In this document: piece by piece, positions 1 through 6,193 of the stretch
Layout of the letters: each line of letters opens with the position of its first letter
How positions within the stretch are numbered: the first letter of the stretch is position 1
NCBI GenBank assembly: GCA_048884785.1
Contig: JBHLQM010000068.1
Coordinates: 1 to 16,928 of the forward strand
Direction of reading: 5' to 3'
From: Candidatus Thorarchaeota archaeon
GTDB lineage: Archaea > Asgardarchaeota > Thorarchaeia > Thorarchaeales > Thorarchaeaceae
DNA length: 16,928 nucleotides
Position numbers and translations under genes: made by a program
The notes under the pieces: generated by a model
What the model was told of the DNA's origin: nothing
Seen by the model: only the letters and a program-made list of their open reading frames with translations
The model's database searches: none

Positions 1-147
1 TCCATGAGGGTTGTCTAGAACGCGATTCAATTCCTCCTGCATGTTGGTAATTGGCTTGACCTGCTTGGGAACGATCACTGAAGCGAGGTTCTTTTTGGGA
101 ATATCAATAGATACCTTGCCATCACCATAGGTAATGTCGATCTTCAT
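1..147 (-). CDS. larA: Nickel-dependent lactate racemase family protein, N-terminal fragment (runs off the left edge)
   Basis: Manual translation from ATG at 147: MKIDITYGDGKVSIDIPKKNLASVIVPKQVKPITNMQEELNRVLDNPHG. This matches the typical LarA-family N-terminus (M.I.L.YG.....I..P...L..NP.G). A GAGGT SD lies just upstream (GTGAGGTCAGAAG-ATG). Not in the ORF track. Confidence 0.75.
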   Translation of the reverse strand, partial: MKIDITYGDGKVSIDIPKKNLASVIVPKQVKPITNMQEELNRVLDNPHG

Positions 148-261
148 CTTCTGACCTCACTTTACGAGTGGCATCAATATCAGAAAAGGATTGACTATGG
201 TGCACAGTGATCATAGGTGCTTGGAGAAGACTGATAACTGATTCTGTCAGCCTTCTATGGC

Positions 262-579
262 ATGAACCCACAAGATGATAGACAAGGTTTCTCCGGAATG
301 GGTAGATGGCTTGCTATCGGGACAGAGCTTCCTTGTTCAGTTATTGCATTGCTTTTGGTTGGTCAGATTATTGGACAATCCATTGGTGGCCTATCTGGTG
401 CAACTCTAGGTGCGCTTCTAGGTGCAGTTATGGGGTTCTTTCTTGGCATCTATGGTGTCTATGCCACAATTCAGTATTATGACAAAATTGAACATAAATC
501 GAAAGTGAAACGAACTTACATGCCTCCTGAAGAGGAAATACTCGAGGATGTCAAATTCGACATCCCCGACAAGGAATAA
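262..579 (+). CDS. Small 2-TM membrane protein, AtpZ/Atp1 (ATPase gene 1)-like
   Basis: Two Gly-rich hydrophobic helices (LAIGTELPCSVIALLLVGQIIG; GALLGAVMGFFLGIYGVY) and a charged tail, similar in pattern to AtpZ/ATPase_gene1 proteins; lies near ATP synthase genes. Confidence 0.6.
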   Translation: MNPQDDRQGFSGMGRWLAIGTELPCSVIALLLVGQIIGQSIGGLSGATLGALLGAVMGFFLGIYGVYATIQYYDKIEHKSKVKRTYMPPEEEILEDVKFDIPDKE

Positions 580-583
580 GACT

Positions 584-1165
584 CTACAAGAACTCTGAGT
601 CGTCTGAATCTAGAACTTCGATTATGACCTTGGTTGCACTTCTTCCGACACCTGCAATGATTACCTGAATTAAAAGGGCGATGAAGAAAGCCCCGAGGGC
701 GTATGAGAATATCAGTAGGAGAATTGACTGGTTTGCAACAGCCCAAGGATTAAGGAAGTACTTGTGTATTAGATACCAGATGTAGATGCCAGTCACTCCC
801 ATGAGGGCAACCAGAATTCCATATGTATATACCACAGTCTTTACCCGAGGACTGTCCAACCGTACCTTCTCGATACCCGGCCCTATCACCACATTGCTAA
901 TTTTCCGTGAGAAGCGCGTGAAGACACTAAAGGCACCTAGAAATACAATTAGTGTGATGACACTGCCGCCTAGAAATAGTAAGACCTTCAGGTCATCGTT
1001 CAATCCTGGCAGGAGGTCTCCAATATAGAATCCAGCAAGAGCTCCCATCATGATAATGATCGAGATGATTTGAATGATGAAAGTAATCGTTGCTGAGCTT
1101 CTGAAGAGGCTGCCAATATCAAACAAATTTTCCGCAAAGCTATCATTCACTTCACTGTCAGACAT
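584..1165 (-). CDS. Uncharacterised 4-TM membrane protein
   Basis: Long ORF with four hydrophobic segments and acidic termini. ATG at 1165 (MSDSEV) preferred over TTG at 1174. Divergent from atpC. Confidence 0.75.
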   Translation of the reverse strand: MSDSEVNDSFAENLFDIGSLFRSSATITFIIQIISIIIMMGALAGFYIGDLLPGLNDDLKVLLFLGGSVITLIVFLGAFSVFTRFSRKISNVVIGPGIEKVRLDSPRVKTVVYTYGILVALMGVTGIYIWYLIHKYFLNPWAVANQSILLLIFSYALGAFFIALLIQVIIAGVGRSATKVIIEVLDSDDSEFL

Positions 1166-1256
1166 TATTCCCAACCAAATCAGGTTGAAGCAGTTGAACC
1201 ATATGAATCTTCGTTCTTTGGAGAAAAATCGGACGCTTACTGCTAGTTCGTCAACC

Positions 1257-1262
1257 TTATAT
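1257..1262 (+). promoter_or_regulatory. Putative TATA box for the atpC-atpK unit
   Basis: TTATAT about 65 bp upstream of atpC; GGTGA SD at 1318-1322. Confidence 0.35.
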
Positions 1263-1328
1263 CACGTGTGTATTTGGTCGTACATCACAGCATCAACGTC
1301 CACAACGAGACGCGCTTGGTGAATGAAT

Positions 1329-2393
1329 ATGGGTTCAAGAGCTGCTAACCAGTTTGGCTTTGTCAATGCCCGAATACGTGGCATGATGTCACGATTTCTG
1401 CGCATTGATATGTATGAGAATCTGCTGCAGTCCAAATCCTACGATGAGTTCATCAGGATGCTTGCTGGAACCTACTACGGTCCGATAATAAGCAGGGCTC
1501 ATCCCTCAGGAATTCCAACCCCTGATGAGCTGGCGCTTATTCTATCTGGTGATTTCGCTGAAGTGAGTCATAATCTGACAAAATCTCTCTCTGGTAAAGT
1601 GAGCGAATTTGCCTCAGCATACATGAAGATGTTTTTGGCCGAGAGTGTCAAATCCATGATTCGGGGCATACATGTTGGATTAGAGAAGTCAGAGATTCTA
1701 CGTTTTGCGGTACCAACCTCTCCAGAGGAGGCAAATGAGTTTGAACGCTTCGCAGACGCACGATCAGTACAGAGCTTCATTGAGGAACTTCCCTACTGGG
1801 ACCTGAAGGTGTCACTCTTAACAAAGATGCCTGCCTATGATGAGCTGGAATCCACTGCCCCTCTTGAGGTGGCAATTGAGACATGGTATCTACGAAACCT
1901 GATGAAAGTTCTCAATGGATTTCCAGAGGATGACCAGAAGAGAGTACTGGACATAGTAGAGGCACGAGTTGATCTTAGAAACGTATTGACAATGTTGAGA
2001 GCTCTGGCTCTTCAGCTGGACTCTCGAGCGATAGATTTCTCGTTAGTAGAGTTTACCGGACGGTCGAAGGCGATACTGGAAACCATCCGTGCAAAACCAA
2101 CGTGGCGAGAGGTCTTGGCTGCTCTAGATGGCACCAGATATGGAGAGCTGGCAGGAAGAATTGCCCGAATGTACGAGGAATCACAGAGCTTGGTCACTGC
2201 TGAACTCGCAATTGAGGACTATATAGCTCAGAGAGTTCGACAGCAGCTGACAGCGTACCCGTTTCATTTAGGCACTGTCATAGGGTTTTTTAACCTGAAG
2301 TTTTACGAAACTCGAAATATTCGGTCGATAGCTGTGGGCGTTGAACGAGGCGAGTCTGCCGAAAACATCAGACAAATGATCACACTATGGTGA
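1329..2393 (+). CDS. atpC: A/V-type ATP synthase subunit C (V0 subunit d homolog)
   Basis: N-terminal FGFVNARIRGMMSRFL and C-terminal PFHLGTVIGFFNLKFYETRNIRSIAVG are characteristic of the vATP-synt_AC39 family; about 355 aa. Start at 1329 chosen from SD spacing; the track gives 1323. Confidence 0.93.
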   Translation: MGSRAANQFGFVNARIRGMMSRFLRIDMYENLLQSKSYDEFIRMLAGTYYGPIISRAHPSGIPTPDELALILSGDFAEVSHNLTKSLSGKVSEFASAYMKMFLAESVKSMIRGIHVGLEKSEILRFAVPTSPEEANEFERFADARSVQSFIEELPYWDLKVSLLTKMPAYDELESTAPLEVAIETWYLRNLMKVLNGFPEDDQKRVLDIVEARVDLRNVLTMLRALALQLDSRAIDFSLVEFTGRSKAILETIRAKPTWREVLAALDGTRYGELAGRIARMYEESQSLVTAELAIEDYIAQRVRQQLTAYPFHLGTVIGFFNLKFYETRNIRSIAVGVERGESAENIRQMITLW

Positions 2394-2412
2394 TAAAGAA
2401 GGAGATAACCCA

Positions 2413-2808
2413 ATGAAAATAGATACACGGACAAGCAGTTTCATGTTGTTCATACTAGGAGCGGTCCTATTCGCAGCGGTATTGTCCATTCTGACCATCC
2501 CTGCTTCTGCAGTTGATGTTTCAAATGGTGCCGGTTTTGCGTCGCTTCAAGAAGCTGCCGACACATATGGCTATGCGATAATGGGACTTGCAATTGGTGC
2601 AGGTCTCGCCATTGGTTTAGCTGGAATTGGCGGTGGCCTTGGCATGGGTACCGCATCAGCAGCCGCACTTGGTGCAATTACTGAAAAGCCAGAGACCTTT
2701 GGCAAGTCAATCCTCTATGTTGTGTTTATAGAGGCCATCGCAATTTACGGCTTCGTAATTGCGTTTCTCTTAGTAGGATACATTCCATCGCTGATACCAG
2801 TTCACTAA
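2413..2808 (+). CDS. atpK: A/V-type ATP synthase subunit K (c, proteolipid): single hairpin with N-terminal leader helix
   Basis: GAGLAIGLAGIGGGLGMG...AALGAITEKPETFGKSILYVVFIEAIAIYG with the conserved ion-binding Glu; AAGGAG SD upstream. Confidence 0.96.
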   Translation: MKIDTRTSSFMLFILGAVLFAAVLSILTIPASAVDVSNGAGFASLQEAADTYGYAIMGLAIGAGLAIGLAGIGGGLGMGTASAAALGAITEKPETFGKSILYVVFIEAIAIYGFVIAFLLVGYIPSLIPVH

Positions 2809-2824
2809 GAATTGCGGATCGCTT

Positions 2825-2862
2825 AGAGAAGAAGAGGATGGGTTATCCCTCCCTCCTTCTCT
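2825..2862. terminator. Imperfect purine/pyrimidine hairpin between convergent atpK and atpE
   Basis: AGAGAAG (2825-2831) pairs with CTTCTCT (2856-2862), with an imperfect inner stem; pyrimidine-rich tracts on both strands. Confidence 0.4.
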
Positions 2863-2879
2863 TGTTCTGGCTTCCATTT

Positions 2880-3491
2880 CTATTCAAAAAGAATTGTAGC
2901 TATTTCATCTCGGATCTTCTTTTCAAGACGTTCCATTCGGGCTTCAAATGTATTATCTACCCATTTCGTTCTATCCTGATTTCTCACAATCAGTCCTCCG
3001 GAGGCTCGAATCGTGTCTTTCGCCATTTTGACCGTGACTTTCTTTCCGATGGCGTCAGAGATTCCCCTAGCAATGACGGCCGTATCAACATGACTCTCAT
3101 GACCTTTCGGAGTAATAATCTCCAAACTGTCCTGGCCCAATGCGATTCCTCCTGATACGGCGAGGGAATTCAAAACACTACCATAATTCTTACTCTTTGT
3201 TTCTTTTCTGAGGTTCTCTTCAGCAGTCTGAAGTATTTCTTTTAGCAATGCTTCCTTTGCTTCCAGCACCTTGTATTTAGACTGCAATTTGGCGCTCGCC
3301 TCATATCTCGAGAGTTCTGCCTTGCTGTCAAGCTCTGCCTTCTGGATTTTAGAGGATTGCACTGTTTCAGCTTTCTTGCGTGCATCTTCAAGAGTCTGTT
3401 TCTTGTACTTCTCGGCCTCTTTGATAATATCGTTAATCTTCTTCTGCGTCTTGGAGTCTATTATCTCCACGATATGTGATATACCGCTCAT
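2880..3491 (-). CDS. atpE: A/V-type ATP synthase subunit E
   Basis: N-terminal coiled coil; C-terminal SGGLIVRNQDRTKWVDNTFEARMERL...IATILF motif typical of subunit E. Confidence 0.95.
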   Translation of the reverse strand: MSGISHIVEIIDSKTQKKINDIIKEAEKYKKQTLEDARKKAETVQSSKIQKAELDSKAELSRYEASAKLQSKYKVLEAKEALLKEILQTAEENLRKETKSKNYGSVLNSLAVSGGIALGQDSLEIITPKGHESHVDTAVIARGISDAIGKKVTVKMAKDTIRASGGLIVRNQDRTKWVDNTFEARMERLEKKIRDEIATILFE

Positions 3492-3494
3492 TTC

Positions 3495-3815
3495 TCATTC
3501 CTCCAGCAACAGCTTCATAGCTGCAGCAATTGCATCACGTTTCTTCTTTTCAGCAGCGGCAACTAGGTTCTCCACACGCGCATCAGTGTCCTTCTTAATT
3601 TTACCTTCTAGTTTGCTAGAGTCTTTCGAGATGCTTTCAAGAAGCCTGGTTGCTTCTCTTGAAGCATCCTCTTCAGCACGCTGAAGGATTTGACGAGCCT
3701 CTCGATCAGCTTCTTCTCTCATCTCCCGAGCTTGCTTCTCGGCCTCTTCAATTCGCTTACGAGCTGCGTCCTCAGCCTCATGTATCTGTTCAACGCCGTC
3801 TTGGGTAGATTCCAT
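3495..3815 (-). CDS. atpH: A/V-type ATP synthase subunit H (G-like peripheral stalk)
   Basis: 106-aa charged coiled coil (IHEAEDAARKRIEEAEKQAREMREEA), 3 bp upstream of atpE, with a GAGGT SD. Confidence 0.85.
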   Translation of the reverse strand: MESTQDGVEQIHEAEDAARKRIEEAEKQAREMREEADREARQILQRAEEDASREATRLLESISKDSSKLEGKIKKDTDARVENLVAAAEKKKRDAIAAAMKLLLEE

Positions 3816-3841
3816 ATTTCATACCTCAATTTCCGAGGTTT

Positions 3842-3944
3842 GGCATTCAATAGCTAACCCTTGATAAAGATTAAGGCATGTCATAATGCTTATCTAGGGT
3901 TAGCTAGGCTGACTGATAAGCGCCTAGTTTGCGATTTGAATGCC
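3842..3944. repeat. Nested inverted repeats in the atpH/atpI divergent spacer
   Basis: GGCATTCAA 3842-3850 / TTGAATGCC 3936-3944; TAGCTAACCCT-T-GATAA 3851-3867 / TTATC-T-AGGGTTAGCTA 3890-3906; CTAGGC 3904-3909 / GCCTAG 3922-3927. Confidence 0.85.
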
Positions 3945-3985
3945 TTGAAGTTCATTAGTGCTGTTGAAAAGCGGTGATAAAAACT

Positions 3986-6166
3986 ATGGGTCTTAGAATG
4001 AGTCCCTCAAAAATGCTGGTAGCCAAGGTGGTTTCCCACAAAGACCTTGAGAGGAAGCTGATTCTCGCCTTGGAAGAGTTCGGATTATTCGAACCAATAG
4101 ATGTGCGTCATCAGGCAGGCATCCTTGAGGTAAAGAGAACACGCGAAGAAGAAACAGTATTCGCAGTCAGCGATAGAATATCCAACATTATCGAATCATT
4201 GGGATTGAATCCTTCCCGAGGTATTGGCATACGGACTGAAGTAGATGATCGTGAGCTCTCTGATTCTCTTGCTCACGTGTCCGATGTAATCCAATCTGTT
4301 GAAGCAGAAGTCATTGACAGCGACAAGGAGATTGCTGCACTCTCTCTTGAGCTTGACCGACAGAAGGGGATTAGAGACATTGCCCTCTCACTCAAGCCAT
4401 TAGGCTTGGACCTCGGAATGATAGGAGCTACTGAATATACATTCACTACAGCCGGCAAGATTGAGAGTGGTCGACTCAGCAAGCTTGAATGGAGTCTGAA
4501 TGAGCTTACAGAGGGTGCTTATGTCTTTAGAGCTGTACCGGCACCGAAGGGCAAAGAAACCCGAATAGCCAGTGTCAGCATCCCAATTGAGCGCAAGGAT
4601 GCCGCGGAACGAATCTTCACCGCAATCGGGTATGAAACCTTCATTGTTCCTGAGGATTACAAAGGATCTCCAGAAGAAATCGCATCTAATGCAGAGGAGG
4701 AGATCACCAAACTTGAGAAAACTCTTGAACAGCTCTATAACCGGAAGGAATCGGTGGCAAAAGAGTGGGGTCCCCAGATACTTGCCATTTGGGAAATCGC
4801 AGAGATTGAGAAGGCAAGAGTGTCAGTCAAATCATATTTTGTCTACACGGAGTCATCCGTAAAAGCATGGGGCTGGGTCCCAGAAGGGACACAGGAGAAA
4901 CTCGAGAAGCTTCTGAATGAGGTTGTAGGTCCTGCTCATGATCTTGCGTTTGATGAGCCTGATTTTGCCGAACATGACTCTCCAACCTATCTGGATAACC
5001 CATCTGTCATGAAACCAACACAAGATGTAGTTTCAGCCTATGGAATTCCATCAAAGCACGACCTGGATCCCACTAAGATAATGTGGCTTTCCTTCCCGTT
5101 GATTTTCGGGCTGGTGTTCGCGGATGTGGGACAAGGTCTATTGATTTTACTAATCGGTTTAGCTGCAATAAGAGCTACAAGAAGAGGGGACGATTGGGGA
5201 CAGATTATGGGCTATGTACAGAATGGTGGCACAGGCCTAGTAATGATGGGAATCTTCGCAATTATAGGTGGCTTTCTCTTTGGTAGCTTCTTTGGGTCTG
5301 AAACAGTCATCGAACCCATCTGGCCAATATTTGCCCATTACATCAACGGAGAGCCAAACCCGTATAGAGCCTCCCATATGCTGAAGCTCTCAATCGAGGT
5401 TGGAGTTATTCAGATATCCATTGGAATCTTGCTTGATATCTACAACAAATTGAAACACAGGGAATTTGAGGAATCGCTTGTTAGCATTGCCTACATGTGG
5501 TTATACCTTGGATTTGTAAATCTGCTCTTTGGTGTAAGTTACAACGACATCAATAGCTGGTTTAGTGGCGAAGGAACTGTCAACCTTTGGCTACCCATTG
5601 TTGGCATTGGATCAGGTGTTGGAAACAATGGTGTCTACCCGCTGCTACCAATTGCGCCAATGACATTCACGCTGGCAACATTTGTCGTTCCACTTGTGAT
5701 TATGGCATTACTATCCTTTAAGCACGGGATGGACGGTGCAGTGCATTTCCTTGAATCTGCACTTGGTATGATTAGTCATACTGTAAGCTATGCTCGTATA
5801 TTCGCTCTGAACACTGTGCATGTGATTCTCAGTGGAGTATTCTTCTCCTTCACCGCTGGTCTACTGGTGATTGAGTTTATGCCACTCAGTATTGGCGGAT
5901 TAGAGATTATTCCTGAGAGCTTTAACCATCACGGTGTGATCTCTGCGCCCGGAATGTCCCTTGTTGGCGCACTTGTTGGAACATTCATAGTTGGAATTCT
6001 AGAGGGACTACTGGCATTCATGCACACCCTGAGGCTTCACTTTGTAGAGTGGTTTAGCAAGTTTTACCATGCTGGAGGCATCGCGTTCGCGCCATTCACT
6101 GCAAGAAGAATCTTCACCGCTGCTTCTACGCCGGTCGCCGCTACGATTGCACTTGCACAGCAATGA
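3986..6166 (+). CDS. atpI: A/V-type ATP synthase subunit I (V0 subunit a homolog)
   Basis: Soluble N-terminal half, then GWVP, YGIPSKHDLDPT, FGLVFADVGQG, SHTVSYARIFAL (essential Arg) and HTLRLHFVEWFSKFY. ATG at 3986 follows a GGTGA SD; the track starts at GTG 3974. Confidence 0.96.
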   Translation: MGLRMSPSKMLVAKVVSHKDLERKLILALEEFGLFEPIDVRHQAGILEVKRTREEETVFAVSDRISNIIESLGLNPSRGIGIRTEVDDRELSDSLAHVSDVIQSVEAEVIDSDKEIAALSLELDRQKGIRDIALSLKPLGLDLGMIGATEYTFTTAGKIESGRLSKLEWSLNELTEGAYVFRAVPAPKGKETRIASVSIPIERKDAAERIFTAIGYETFIVPEDYKGSPEEIASNAEEEITKLEKTLEQLYNRKESVAKEWGPQILAIWEIAEIEKARVSVKSYFVYTESSVKAWGWVPEGTQEKLEKLLNEVVGPAHDLAFDEPDFAEHDSPTYLDNPSVMKPTQDVVSAYGIPSKHDLDPTKIMWLSFPLIFGLVFADVGQGLLILLIGLAAIRATRRGDDWGQIMGYVQNGGTGLVMMGIFAIIGGFLFGSFFGSETVIEPIWPIFAHYINGEPNPYRASHMLKLSIEVGVIQISIGILLDIYNKLKHREFEESLVSIAYMWLYLGFVNLLFGVSYNDINSWFSGEGTVNLWLPIVGIGSGVGNNGVYPLLPIAPMTFTLATFVVPLVIMALLSFKHGMDGAVHFLESALGMISHTVSYARIFALNTVHVILSGVFFSFTAGLLVIEFMPLSIGGLEIIPESFNHHGVISAPGMSLVGALVGTFIVGILEGLLAFMHTLRLHFVEWFSKFYHAGGIAFAPFTARRIFTAASTPVAATIALAQQ

Positions 6167-6168
6167 CG

Positions 6169-6193
6169 GGTTCGGGCTCTATTGGCCCGAACC
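6169..6193. terminator. GC-rich hairpin between convergent atpI and the 774-aa gene
   Basis: GGTTCGGGC (6169-6177) / GCCCGAACC (6185-6193): perfect 9-bp stem, 7-nt loop. Confidence 0.55.

Noticed and set aside
1183-1198. GTTGAA direct repeat upstream of the 4-TM gene
   Set aside because: Only two 6-bp copies, compatible with chance.
3842-3944. Structured spacer as a tRNA or IS element
   Set aside because: No T-loop/D-loop consensus and stem lengths do not fit a cloverleaf; no transposase or clear target-site duplication.
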